From Octopus sinensis (lineage: Eukaryota): a DNA stretch of 64,000 nucleotides. Below the pieces are notes generated by a model, which was not told the origin of the DNA, made no database searches, and worked only from the letters and a program-made list of their open reading frames with translations. The stretch is from contig NC_043009.1 of assembly GCF_006345805.1 (NCBI RefSeq), positions 8,866,001 through 8,930,000 of the forward strand, given 5' to 3'. The position numbers and the translations under genes were made by a program. Shown here piece after piece: positions 25,670-39,044 of the stretch. Positions within the stretch are counted from its first letter, which is position 1, and each line of letters starts with the position of its first letter.

Positions 25670-26205
25670 TTTGATGACTGGCATCTGTGCTAGTGGGGTG
25701 CAAAGAGCACCATACGAGTGTGATCGTTGACAGAACAGCTAACCAGCTTCCGTGCCAGTGGCACATAAAAAGCACCATTTGAGTGTGATCGTTACCAGCA
25801 TCGCCTTACTGGCACTTGTGCCCATGCTAGTAGGGTGCCCATGCTACTAGGGTGCTAAGAGCACCATCCAAGCGTGATCGTTGCCAGAGCGGCTAACTGG
25901 CTTCCATGCCGGTGGCACGTAAAAGGCACCATTCGAGTGTGATCATTACCAGCGTTGCCTTACTGGCACCTGAGCTGGTGGCATGTGTAAAAAGATTTGA
26001 GCGAGGTCATTGCCAGTACCGCCTAACTGGCCCCCGTGCTGGTAGCACGTAAAAAGCACCCACTACACTCTTGGAGTGGTTGACGTTAGGAAGGGCGTCC
26101 AGCTGTAGACATTCTGCCAGATCAAGATTGGAGCCTGGTGCAGCCATCTGGTTCACCAGCCCTCAGTCAAAATCGTCCAACCCATGCTAACATGGAAAGT
26201 GGTAA
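25670..26205 (+). mobile_element. RTE 3'UTR/tail with modular GTGCC-NNN-GGCAC repeats (representative of ~20 tails: 11869-12040-, 14390-14515+, 26306-26650-, 43060-43360+, 52475-52848+, 54393-54650-, 57700-58010+, 62135-62300+, 62783-63130- and others)
   Basis: Same terminal sequence (GTTAGGAAGGGCATCCAGC...AACCCATGCTAGCATGGAA...(TGA)n) as the tails joined to the RT ORFs of copies 1 and 2. Confidence 0.85.
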
Positions 26206-27351
26206 AAATATGCTTAATGATTAGAAGTTTGTTTTTAAAATAATCTGAAGTGTATATGTAGATTTCTTTTTATATAGAGCACCATCATTTTATTACATGT
26301 ATAACATCATCATCATCATCATCGTTTAACGTCCGTTCTCCATGCTAGCATGGGTTGGACGGTTCGACCGGAGATCTGGGAAGCCAGAAGGCTGCACCAG
26401 GCTCCGGTCTTATCTGGCAATGTTTCTACAGCTGGATGCCCTTCCTAACGCCAACTACTCCGTGAGTGTAGTGGGTGCTTTTTACGTGCCACCTGCACTG
26501 GAGCCAGGCGAGGCTGGCATCGGCCACGGTCGGATTGGTGCATTTTATGTGTCACCTGCACAGGAGCCAGTCGAGGCGGCACTAGCTTCGGCCACGACTC
26601 GGATGATGTTTTTTATGTGCCACCGACACGGCATTGGCCACGATTCGGATATATGTATATAATACATATATAATACAAAACCAGATTAAAATCCAAATCC
26701 AAACCTGAAGAAAACACCAACATGAGTGAAGGAAAAGAAGAAATGAAGAAAAAGAGGAAGAAAGAAAGAAAAAGACCAATTCAAGAACAAGTGCTTCAGT
26801 TGATTGCACACCACAAGATTCAACAAAATTAGTGAAGCAAGCCAACATGCTCGTGGCATTACCACGGACAGTGATGCGGCTAAGGCATTGGAACTGTTAA
26901 GCACCCTCATGGGCATCACCTGACACCTCGGTAAGGTGAGCTGCCAATGATGACAAGAACTTTGCTGTTAATGGCCCAACTCCTCTAAACATCTCTAACA
27001 CCAGAGGTTGGAAGAAATGGTTCACTGACAAGTCCCTATACTTAAGGATTTTGTTCTGTTCAGCTACAGAAGCAGTGAAAATTCATATTCATTAATGACC
27101 AATACTATTTCTCTTTGGGCCTCTTTATGTTTTGATTTTAAATATTTCTGCAGTTAATTTCACTTTTTATCCTTCAGACTCAATTAAATGAAGTACCAGT
27201 CAAGAACTGAGGTCAATTTTAATCTTCTGTCATAATTTAGTTCTCATTTTTTGATGCACCATGGCAACAGTTCCCAAATTTATTTTGATGCAAAACCCAT
27301 ATATGTTCTTCAAAAATATCACTGAACCCACGTACATCACTGCCATTGAAA

Positions 27352-27396
<45 letters not shown>

Positions 27397-27715
27397 AATT
27401 TTAGTAAGATAGTAAATGAAAGCAGAGAGAAAATTTGTTCATATAACAATCAAATCCTACTAATAATTCTTTTTAAATTTAGCACAAGGCCAGCAATTTT
27501 GATGGGGTAGTCAATCACATCAACTGCTGTTGAACTGGTACTTATTTTATCAACCCCAAACAGATTGAAACAAAGTCGACTTCAGCAGCATTTGAACTCA
27601 GAATGTAACATAGCAGAATAAATACTGCTTAGCACTTTTGTCTGGTGCAGTAATGATTCTGCCAGTTCACCAACTTCATGATGATGATGATAATAATATT
27701 ATAATATATATATAT

Positions 27716-27991
27716 ATCACCGTGATCAACCAGGCTATCAGATGTTGCTACACATCGCTGGTCACAATGCGCTTCGCATTGTTTTAGCCTTCAAGTGATC
27801 CCACCCCGCTGGCTAAGCAAGCAGGCCAACAAAAGAAAGAGCGAAAGAAAGTTGTTGTGAAAGAGTACAGTAGGGATTGCCACCACCCCCTGCCAGAGCC
27901 TCATGGAGCTTTAGGTGTTTTCGCTCAATAAACACTCACAACGATCCTACAACTGCGAGTCCGCTGCCCTAACCACTGGGCCATTGTGCCT

Positions 27992-27995
<4 letters not shown>
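27716..27995 (-). mobile_element. tRNA SINE family D (second copy 51503-51805-)
   Basis: Minus-strand head GTGGAGGCACAATGGCCCAGTGGTTAGGGCAGCGGACTCGC; two closely similar copies. Confidence 0.8.
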
Positions 27996-28024
<29 letters not shown>

Positions 28025-28362
28025 ATATATATATAGTAGACAAGTAAGATAGGGGTTATGGGTGTAACCCACTATGGGATAGCATTTATCCAATATACTG
28101 TTGGTAAAGTACCCAGATTCTTAATACATAAATGTTTTTAATTGCAAAGCAATTAACTCATTTATTGTATTAAACGGGTGAAGGTAAAGAAATATTTTTA
28201 TCGTAAATTTATAATAAGAATAAGAAAATGGAGAAACCAATTTGGTTTGTTCATCAACTTTCGGATATTATAATGTTGGATTAATTATTCATTTAACAAA
28301 ATGAGAACATCAAAAGCATACAAATATATCTTATAATTCAGTACATGTAAGATATAAGATAA

Positions 28363-28396
<34 letters not shown>

Positions 28397-29163
28397 ACCA
28401 CCTACTCAGGCAAACTAATGGGCCAGTAACCAGAAGACTAAAATAATCAATAACTTTTGAGGAATTAGATGAATATTGTAATAACCCTATTTCATATGTA
28501 TCTTCAGGTCAGAATTTCACACCATAAAAACTGTGTTAAATATAATTGCAAGTTCAGAAATTTAGTGACTACCTTGGAGAGCTTTTAATAAAAAAATTAG
28601 TATGAGTAACCAACAAATAAAAACCAGTTAAGCACAGGATTAAATACCTTATGGTATTTAATCCTGTGTTGAATTCAAATTCTGACAATATCGACTCTGC
28701 TTTTCATCCTTGCATCGTTAATAAAACATGTACCAGTAATATATGGAGTCAATGAGTTAACTACACACACACACAAATAGATGTACCTGATTTAAAGAAT
28801 AATAACTATTTCCAGAAGAAGGGAAAGAGAGGTGCTATTATTTGGTATAGTTTAAAGGTGGCGAGCTGGCAGAAACGTTAGCGTGCCGGGCGAAATGCTT
28901 CATGATCTTTCGTCTGCCGTTACGTTCCGAGTTCAAATTCCGCCGAGGTCGACTTTGCCTTTCATCCTTACAAGGTCGATTACATAAGTACCAGTTACGC
29001 ACTGAGGTCGATGTAATCGACTTTAATCCCTTCCCCCAAATTTGAGGTCTTGTGCTTCCAGTATAAAAGATTATTTGGTATAGGAATGCAAAAGAGAGAG
29101 ATGAGAAATAGTTTCATTTTCGATAAGAGAGAGGGAGAGAAAGAGATAAATGTATCTTGTGTG

Positions 29164-29266
29164 TAAATAAATAAATAAATAAATAGATAGATAGATAGAT
29201 AGGTAGGTAGGTAGGTAGTAGATAGATAGATAGATAGATAGATAGGTAGTTAGGTAGATAGATAGG

Positions 29267-29300
<34 letters not shown>

Positions 29301-29330
29301 TAGATAGATAGATAGATAGATACGTAGATA
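29164..29330. repeat. (TAAA)n/(GATA)n microsatellite, flank at the Tx1 3' end
   Basis: Direct reading. Confidence 0.97.
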
Positions 29331-30460
29331 TGTTTCTTTATTAGCCACACAGGGCTGCACATAGACGGGACAGGTTACAAAATAGAGCTTTTCTTTTTTT
29401 GGAGAAAAAAAAAAGTCGGGTAGGTTTTCGATCAAAAGGGAAAGAAGAAAAAAAGAAAAAAGGAAAAGAAACAAAAAAAAAGAAAGGAAAAAGGGTGAAA
29501 AAGAAAAAAACGATCAATAGGGATCGTGTATCACAGTGTCATGATGTACGGTGTAAAGGGGGAAGCAGATGAGGTTTATCCGTGGGAAGAAAAGCCTACG
29601 GAAAAGACCACGGTAACCTCGGTCACTATTGCTACATGTTACCACATTTGTTTGCAAGTGGGTAACCCTCTGTTTTCAATTTCTGTGTTTATAGGATTAT
29701 GCTCAAGGTGGCTTCGTCATTCATACGTGCCATCCTTGCTACATTCACCCATCTTTTTTTAAAACATTCGCTAGACAAAACTTGCCTCTCTACTCCCACT
29801 TTCCTTTTCAAGTGATACTTGAAGAAGTTGATGAGAGATTGACCGGAGAGGAAAGTGTTTGCCTCCAATCCTTTCAGACGCGTCCACCAGATACATTCTT
29901 TCGCCATAGCCACAAGGATGATGAAAATAGCTCTTCCTTCCCGTTTGAAGGAAGGAGGCGCGACAATATTGACGATAGACTCAGCTGATAAACCGACTCG
30001 TCCCACACGTGCCAGCAGTTGTTCGACATAAGCCCACAGGTCGGAAGTGCGTGCAGAACAGTTTCGTCGCTCTATCGCATCTCGGGCAGGTCGGCCCCGT
30101 GTTTCTCGAGCCGTGTCTGTAGAGCTTATCCCGAACGGGTAGCGCTTCTCGGTAGCACTGCCAGGCCAGGGATCTCTGGAAGTTGTCCATGGGCCCTGGC
30201 CCGAAAGTCGTCCCTAACAGGCGGGTCAGGTATTCCTCGTCGACGTCCAGGTTCGCCCCGAGCTCGTCGTTGTACCTCCCTTCCACTAATCCCCTATAGA
30301 ATGCTTGGGTTGTGTTGGAGTCACTCAAGGTCGAACCGGGACAGCAGAGTTGCTTGAGAGCAACGCGACACACGCGGTGCCATTCGCCCTTCCTCGGCCT
30401 CTTTTTGATCCACGACTGCAGTTCGGTCATGGAGACGAGTTGCAGAAAAGTGTGCCTCAC
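29331..30460 (-). mobile_element. Tx1/L1-clade LINE 3' fragment inserted in a (GATA)n microsatellite
   Basis: zf-RVT-like segment (SLAWQCYREALPVRDKLYRHG...CPRC) and L1/Tx1-type C-terminus (ORF 29689-30006), a T-rich 3'UTR, AATAAA at 29342-29337, and (TATC)n on both sides. Confidence 0.8.
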
Positions 30461-30488
30461 ATAGATAGATAGATAGATAGGTAGGTAG

Positions 30489-30519
<31 letters not shown>

Positions 30520-30568
30520 GATAGATAGATAGATAGAAGATAGATAGATAGACAGACAGATAGATACG

Positions 30569-30643
<75 letters not shown>

Positions 30644-30671
30644 GTAGGTAGGTAGATAGATAGATAGATAA

Positions 30672-30703
<32 letters not shown>

Positions 30704-30719
30704 GTAGATAGATAGATAA

Positions 30720-30763
<44 letters not shown>

Positions 30764-30801
30764 GTAGGTATGTAGGTAGGTAGATAGATAGATAGATAGA
30801 T

Positions 30802-30832
<31 letters not shown>

Positions 30833-30837
30833 CAGAC

Positions 30838-30882
<45 letters not shown>

Positions 30883-30914
30883 CATAGATAGATAGGTAAA
30901 GATAGATAGATAGA
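30461..30914. repeat. ~450 bp (GATA)n microsatellite ending ~115 bp upstream of the COA7 ATG
   Basis: Direct reading; it generates the spurious SIYL-repeat ORFs. Confidence 0.97.
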
Positions 30915-31027
30915 GGAATAGAATGACCGAGTTGAAGCCAAATTAAGGGAAGTAACTCCACTTGGCTTATGAAGAAGCGAATGAAGGAAAGGACGAGAGC
31001 GAGGGCGAAGAAAGAACAGTTTTGGCG

Positions 31028-31127
31028 ATGAATTACGACCTAAAGGACGAGGAACAGGCGAAAGCTTATTTGGAAAGAGTGGGAGTGGAATATAGATTTC
31101 AATGCTTCCACGAAAAATCTCCAGAAG
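31028..31127 (+). CDS. COA7: COA7 exon 1 ([34 protein letters not shown])
   Basis: Manual translation matches the COA7/SELRC1 N-terminus (human ...DFQDEEQVKSFLENMEVECNYHCYHEKDPDGC). ATG at 31028, in-frame stop upstream at 30953-30955, GT donor at 31128 (phase 1). Confidence 0.93.
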
Positions 31128-32027
31128 GTATATAAAAGACTCATTGACCATCAAGCGATCATTGTTTTGCTCTGTTATGTTTCTTTTCATGTGAGTTTAT
31201 TTTCCGAAGATTTCAAGATTTCAATGTTTTCTTGAAATCTTTTTCAAACTCCCTTTTAGTTATGTAACAACAAATATAGTTTTAATGGTCCTCTAGCTTT
31301 TACCTGTTTAGATTTTATCCGTCCTAGCGTTGCATAAACGGACCGAATTTCAAGGAATAATGCGACAGCATCGTTTCTTGGAACAGGTACTTCCCTAGAA
31401 ATACATCTTGGGACTTAATTTGTGTCAAGTGTAACAGCTTTGCCGGTGACTTTTAGACCGGATGTTTTCGTCCTTAGTAACTTTTCACCTTCGCATGTTA
31501 ATGATTTTAAACGTGTGTGTGTGTGTATGAAGTTCTCTGCCACATGGTAGTCCAAGAAAACATGTAGCATCGAAGTTTGCAGCATTTGAATGACATGTGA
31601 TGAAATATTAACCGTACCAACCCCCAAACACTTCGTAGATACACAGAGAGAGGAAGAAAACCCACTCGTAATGTAAATAGACGATTAAAATTGATGATCA
31701 CCTCTTGTAGTATATAGTATGAAGCAAAGTAAATTTTAAAATTTCGTGATGTTTCTTTACTTTTCAAAGTTAAATCTTGGATAGAAGGACATTGATGACT
31801 AAGATTGATGGAAAGGTTAAGTGGTTGAAACAGTTGACCTTTGCAATAAAAATTAATTGTAACTTAAAAATAAATTATAAAATATTAGAAACCGGAGTCC
31901 CTTCCCATCATCACCAAAAACTCCCTTGATATCCAAATATACAAATAAACTAAAAGAAAGTCTGGGTACATTAAACAGTTAGAAAATCCAATTAAAAAAC
32001 TTATCCTTTCTATCGTACGAGCAATGC

Positions 32028-32082
<55 letters not shown>

Positions 32083-32106
32083 ATATATATGGATATATGT
32101 ATATAG

Positions 32107-32140
<34 letters not shown>

Positions 32141-34442
32141 ATAGATAGATATGTATATATATATATGTATATAGTATGTGTGTATAGTACAATTCATGTT
32201 TTGTGAATGATTACGTAAGTTATACAACTACTTTTTGTTGCTGTCATTCAAACAAAACTTAGGACGAATATAGTAAGAATGTATTACATAATAATCGCTA
32301 TGTCTTATGTAAAGTTTAAGGAGTCCTTGCGGAGATGTTGTTAAGAAAATAATTCGTGTCTTTTGATTTACATAACTAATGTTAGTGTAACCCTTTCGAC
32401 AAGATCAATTAAAGCTCCTCGTTGCTAGGTTGCTTAATGCCTTGTTATTTTTTTATAACGATGATCTGGGACTAGCACGATTCCAATTTATTACCTATAG
32501 AGATTACAAATAGTGAAAGTCAAATGTTTAGGCCTTGGTCTGCTGTGAAGGAACGGGTTAAAAAGCATTTCTTCGGTTGTGACCATTTCGTCGCTTTTGT
32601 TTTTCCGATAGAAAACGTTGCAATCATCATCACCATCATCATAAAGAGAAAGAGAAAGAAAAAGAGAGAGAGAGGAGAAAATATTTGCGCTTCCCAACCA
32701 CATAGTTTCGGGTTCGGTCTCACTGCATGGCACCTTCGGCGGGAATCTTCTGCTGAGGTTTCGGATCTACCGAGGTCTTGTGAGAAAATTTGATACACAC
32801 ATACACACACACATGTTTGTTTGTTTGTGTGTGTGTGTGAAGGGAGTGATGAATGTGTGTATTTGTGTGTTGCCTTGACATCACACGATAGTTGTAAACG
32901 AGCGTCACCGCCATACAGTCAGGTCTCCCCTTTCCAGTCTTGTTTGAAAACATATCCGGCCATGGGGAAATGTTACCTTGGTAACAGGTAAGGGTTAACA
33001 AAAAGGGTATCCGGATGTAGAAAATCTGGCGCATTTAATTTCATCTGCCCCCGATGAGGATGATGATGGTATCTTGTTTGAACCAGAGAAGAAAAATATA
33101 TTTCTTGTAAACATTTACTTCATCACCAAATTTGCTACTCCGGCATGCTGGTTTGATATACTCCAAAACAAATTTGACACAATACTAACTACATCATGAG
33201 TTGCATTATGTTTAAATCACATCCGAGGCCAGCCAATCAATTTGCAAAAAAGAAGCTTTAAAATTTTTTTTTCTTTCTAGCAGCCATGGCTGTGTGGTTA
33301 ATAAGTCTGCCTTGCAAGGACAATGGTTTTAGGTACAGTCCCACTGTACAGCACTTTAGGCATGTGTCATCTACTGGGCCAACCAATGCTTTGTGAGTGA
33401 CTTTGACAGACTGTGTAGACTGCTATATATGTGTGTGTATACATACATACATACATACACACAGAGTGTATTCTATATAGAGAACACTTGTCTCTAATCT
33501 ATAAACTATATACATACATACATATATACAGAAGTGTTAAAACCAATCCTTCTGGTGGTGCCATGTAAAAGTGCCTGTACAGCACCACCTAAAAGCGTCC
33601 ATGCAGTGCCACTTAAAAGCACCCACCACATTTTGCAAAGTGGTTGGTACTAGGAAGGGCACCCAGCCATAGAAACCATGCCAAATCAGGCTGGAGTCTG
33701 GTGTAGCTTGCCAGCTCTGGTCAAATTGTTAAATTGTCCAACCCATACCAGTATGGACAACGGACATTAAATGATGGAAAAAAAAAAAAACTTATAAGCA
33801 CCGTGTGTGTTGTTGGTATTCTACAGAAAGTAAAAGAATTCACAAATGCTGGAAGTCTGTGAAATCACCTTAGAAAATTGGGTAAATACCTTTTAAAAGA
33901 TGGTAAAAGTGGCCAGCAAGTCTCCACAGGGAATTGAACCCTGTACTTCTCAAATTTCAGCTGAGTGCTCTGAACCATTAAGCTAAGAGACCACTGACAA
34001 TAAATACCATCTTTTTATAATGCTAAATAATAGCTTCTGGAATGTGAGAGCATGCATGTGTGTGTGTGTATTCGTTGCAAACATAATCTAAATTAATTAA
34101 AACTTCTACATAATGCTATCATTGCTTGCCCAAGCCCTCTGCTCCCCCACGGAGCAGAGGCTTTTCTCCACTGCACTCAACTCTCGGCTGTCTTTCCTCA
34201 CATTTTGCTGCTTTTCAGTTGTCATCAATGCTTCTATATCTTTGCTTTTTTTCTCAGTCTGGATGTCCATATTAGTCTGGCTTTTAACCTTTGACCCTGT
34301 TCTGTGTAAGAGGCTCCACCAAGAGCTTACACTCCACTGCATAGCTCTCAGCATTATTGAGGCACATAAGCCACCACTTTGCAATTAAGACTGGATCTTG
34401 TGGTGGATTATGTTGACTTGTATTTTACTAATCTATAGATTT

Positions 34443-34780
34443 GGCTCAGTAGTTAGAACATCCGGCTCACAGTCATGAAGTAGTGAGTTCAGTTCCTGGA
34501 CTGGGGTGTGTGTTGTGTTCTTGAGCAAGACACTTTATTTCACATTGCAGCAGCTCACTCAGCTGTTGGAATGAGTTGCAACGTCACTGGTGCCAAGCTG
34601 TATCAGTCTTTGCCTTTCCCTTGGATAACATCAATGGTGTGAAGAGAGGAAACTAGTATGATGGGTGAGTGCTGGTCTTCCATAAAACAACCTTGCCTGG
34701 ACTTGTACCTCAGAGGGTAACTTTCTTGGTGTAATCCCATGGTCATTCATAACCAGAGGGGATCTTCACCCTTTACCCTA
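34443..34780 (+). mobile_element. tRNA SINE family C (others 43361-43680+, 19868-20110-, 18200-18400-)
   Basis: GGCTCAGTAGTTAG head and GTTCTTGAGCAAGACACTT central motif; multiple copies in the window. Confidence 0.75.
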
Positions 34781-37700
34781 TAGATTGTAGCCAAAACCCT
34801 CCTTGCCTCGGTTAACTGGAACTAAAAGAGCATCACCAAAAATTACTCCATTTCCTATTCTCTTTGAGTACAAGGTAGACTTAGCATACATGGTAACTGT
34901 TTCGTTTTACTGGCCTTCTGAAACGTGGTTCTCAACCAGTGTCCATATGGCCCTTGGGGGCCACACTTAAGATTTTGCTGTTAAAGTTTATGTGCAATAT
35001 ATTGCTTATACACAAAATATTTTAACAATTTTTTAAATACTATTCCTAATTAAATGTAATTCTAAAAGTATAATAGGATTTTTTAATCACTGAGTGGCTA
35101 TGAGGATCCAGTTGAGTGAAATAGGAATCAAAGAGTTCCACAGGTAAAAATTGGTTGAAGACCGCTGTTGTAAAGGGTGGTTGGTTGGTATAGAGATACT
35201 TATGTAGCTTCTTTATTTGATGGAGGAGGGATCAGGCTTTTGCTGAGTAGTAGTTCATTATCTGGTGGAAAGTGTGTGGAGAAAGTCACACAGCCAACGC
35301 TGTTCTTGGGGTTGCAATAGAAGTACAATATTATGATTTGAGTTAATACCTATTTCTTTACTACCCACAAGGGGCTAAACACAGAGAGGACAAACGGATT
35401 AAGTCAATTATATCGACCCCACTGCGTAACTGTTTAATCGACCCCGAAAGGATGAAAGGCAAAGTTGACCTCGGCGGAATTTGAACTCAGAACGTAGAGG
35501 CAGATGAAGTACTTATTTCTTTACTACCCACAAGGGGCTAAATACAGAGAGGACAAACAAGAACAGACAAACGGATTAAGTTGATTATATTGACCCCAGT
35601 GCATAACTGGTACTTATTTAATCGACACCGAAAGGATGAAAGGCAAAGTTGACCTCGGCAGAATTTGAACTCAGAACGCAGCGGCAGACGAAATACTGTT
35701 AAGCATTTTGCCCAGTGTGCTAACGATTCTGCCAGCTGACCACCTTAAGTTTTGAGTTAATACCATTCAGCAAACTTTCTGGTTGTGGGATGAACTATGC
35801 AGTGTGAGAGATGTGGGACATCATTTGGAAAGCCATTGTAATTTGGGCTTAAGCTAGTAATTTCTGGATCAATTAGACTATGATACTGATTTAGTATGGA
35901 CCAAAAACTGAAGTGCAATGGTGTCAGTGTGGACTTTGTTTTTCATGGTTAAGCATTTTTCTTTATTGGTCATGAGCTGGTCTAATGGCAGGTAACCTCG
36001 AACCACATCCAGTCAAGTTAAGTGTTTGTTGGATTGTTTGACTGGTTGGTACATCGATCAAACTTGAAAGTAGGTGTCCCAGAGTGAGCTCTGCATGGAC
36101 AGGGCAAACTTAATATAAGGCCATAACTGCTTAAGCAGAAAGACAACAACATAGTGAAGACAATGGATTACATTTCAGTCATTTTAATGCCCACTTTTGC
36201 ATGCTTGTATGGGTCAATTCAGAATTTTGTCGAGGCAAATTTTCTACAGCCAGATGCCAACCTTCAACTATTTCCAAGCAATATAATATTTCACATGGCC
36301 AGACAGGTTTTTCTGTGGAAAACTGGAAAAGCAAAAAAAAACATTCATTCTTTCTTAAATTTGATGGTCTTTATGAGAGCTACATTCACCAATAAAATTT
36401 CATTCATTGTTTAATGTCGTAGATTTTAATTTTGCTTTAGAAAAATATTAACTATATGTATATAACTTCAAGACATGGTTGGTGTTCATGGGAAAAGCAT
36501 CTACTTCAGTAATTAAAGCCATCTGAGGTTTTGTATTCGTTTGTTTTATGTCTCTTTTGTCCATGTTAGTATGGGTGGAATGAATGTGTTATTGAAACGT
36601 TGTTTTACTGCTGAATGCCTTTCCTGATGCCTACCCTGTTTTACAAGTAAGAAGCCTCTTATTTCACAAGGCTTCAAAGGCACTAAGTGAGCAAACAAGT
36701 TATTGACGGAAGTGCCAAGAACAATACAACTCAATCAGGGTCACTTTTGAATAAACAAGCACAAAATATAAACAAACATCTGCATCTCTTTGTCTCTCAC
36801 TCTCGTTGTCATCGTTTCATGTCTGCTTTCCATGCTAGCATGGGTTGGACGTATGACTGAGGGCTGGCAAACCAAATGGTTGCACCAGGCTCCAATCTTG
36901 ATCTGGCAGAGTTTCTACAGCTGGATGCTATTTCTTATTCTTTTACTTGTTTCAGTCATTTGACTGCGGCCATACTGGAGCACCGCCTTTAGTCGAAGAA
37001 ATCGACCCAAGGACTTATTCCTTGTAAGCCTAGTACTTATTCGATTGGTCTGTTTTGCCGAACTGCTAAGTTTCAACGACATAAAAGCACCGACATCGGT
37101 TATCAAGTGTTTTGAGTTCAAATGCCACCAGAGTTGACTTTGCTCTTCATCCTTTCAAGATCAATAAAATATATACCAGTTGAGCACTGGAGTCAATGTA
37201 GTCAACTTATTCCCTTCCCTCAAATTGCTGGCCTTGTGCCAAAATTATAAAACCATTATTATCTTCTTCCTTCCTTCCTCTCATCCATTTTGGAGGCTCT
37301 GCAAAAGCTCAGGGCTGCTGCACTTCCTTCACTGGCCAAGACATATTTAAAACAAAGTCGGTTTCATCTATCACCATTTTTTATGCACATTGAGATGCAG
37401 CAATGTCTGTTGGTTTGCTTCCCAACCATGAGGTCTTCTTATTTCTTTACTGCCCTAAAGGGGCTACACACAGTGTGTGTGTGTGTGTGGGGGGACAAAC
37501 AAGGACAGACAAACGGATTAAGTCGATTACATCGACCCCAGTATGTAACTGGTACTTATTTAATCGACCCCAAAAGGATGAAAGGCAAAGTGGAATTTGA
37601 ACTCAGAATGTAACGGCAGACAAAATACCGCTAAGCATTTCGCCTGGCGTGCTAACGTTTCTGCTAGCTCGCTGCCTTACCAACGATGAGATCTTCTGTT

Positions 37701-38594
37701 CAGTCCTACTACACGGAACCTTGGGCAAGTGTTATCTACTATAGTCATGGGTTGACCCAAGCCTTGTGAGTGGATTTCATAAACAGAAACTGAAACAAAC
37801 CTGTTGTATACATTTATGTATGTGTATACCTGTGTCCTGATATCACATCACAGTTGTAAATGAGCATCACTGTCAACAAGCGAGGTTGTTTGTTTCCAGT
37901 TTTCTGCAGAAAAACCTATCTGACCATGTGAAATATTATGTTGCTTGGAAACAGTTGAGGGTTGGTGTCAGGAAGAGCACCCGGCTGTAGAAAATTTGCC
38001 TTGACAAAATTCTGACTGACCCATACAAACATGCAAAAGTGGACATTAAAATGGTTGAAATGTAATCTCTTGACTTCCTTTTCCTACTTAATCACTTACA
38101 GCATCATATTAAGTTTTATTATCCATTAGCACTATGACCCGGCAATGCCAGGTCATAGTGCTAGTGCATGCATATACAGCTGCGTGCGTGCACACATACA
38201 CGCGAGTACTGTCCAAATCTCTGACCAATCACATACTGCTAGCTGGCATTCAATTGGCGTATCAAGTTTTGGGCATTTTGATTGGGTTTTGGATAGAAAA
38301 TTCACAAAAAAGTCACTTCTATTGATTTTTTAATAGCTTTGCGGGGTGACTGGGGAAATGTAAAGATGTGCACGACCACCCTTGGACGGTTTTGAATGAC
38401 CATAGAAAATGCGAGCCCTCTAACTGAAAAATTGTGGATTTGTATAAAGGACACCCATGCAGACAGACAGACATTTTGCTGTTTATATATAGAGAGATTC
38501 ATAGATTGACTATTCTGTAAAGCACAGTAAAATACAAAAGGTAAAGTGCTGTTTTGATAACAGTAACTTACTGTCTCTTTCTTCCTGATTGTAG

Positions 38595-38735
38595 GTTGCC
38601 ACAGACTGGCCGATTATTTTGAATCTGTGAAGAAAGAACATGAACGAGCGGCAAAAATGTACAAATCGACCTGTGATGACTATCACTATGGTCACAGTTG
38701 TTATAAATATGGGAATTACAGAACTGTAGGACAAG
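38595..38735 (+). CDS. COA7: COA7 exon 2 (GCHRLADYFESVKKEHERAAKMYKSTCDDYHYGHSCYKYGNYRTVGQ-G)
   Basis: AG at 38593-38594 and GT at 38736; 141 nt, phase 1-1. Sel1-like repeat sequence aligning with human [40 protein letters not shown]. Confidence 0.93.
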
Positions 38736-39044
38736 GTAGGTAGTTTTTATTGGCATCTTTCATTTCATTAATTATAACTATCTGTTCATTTATTTTTGTA
38801 TGACCTCAATTGTTCTGATATGCGTGACCTTGCATCTTTTGTTAACTATTCTCATATATGCTGCACAACTGCAGTAAAATTTATTTTATATTATACTGCT
38901 GATTATACTAACTTCTCAGAATTTGTCTGTTTCTCTCTCTCTCTGAATAGATAGATAGACAGGCAGATAGATAAATATAGGAGAATTTGTTTTGGGATTT
39001 GAAAATGTGCCTGAATCTGAAAAATGTGTAGTCATTTTTAAATA

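Noticed and set aside
29981-31190. Long ORFs (326, 289, 142 aa) with SIYL repeats
   Set aside because: They are translations of the (GATA)n tract; only the part below 30460 is real Tx1 ORF2 remnant.
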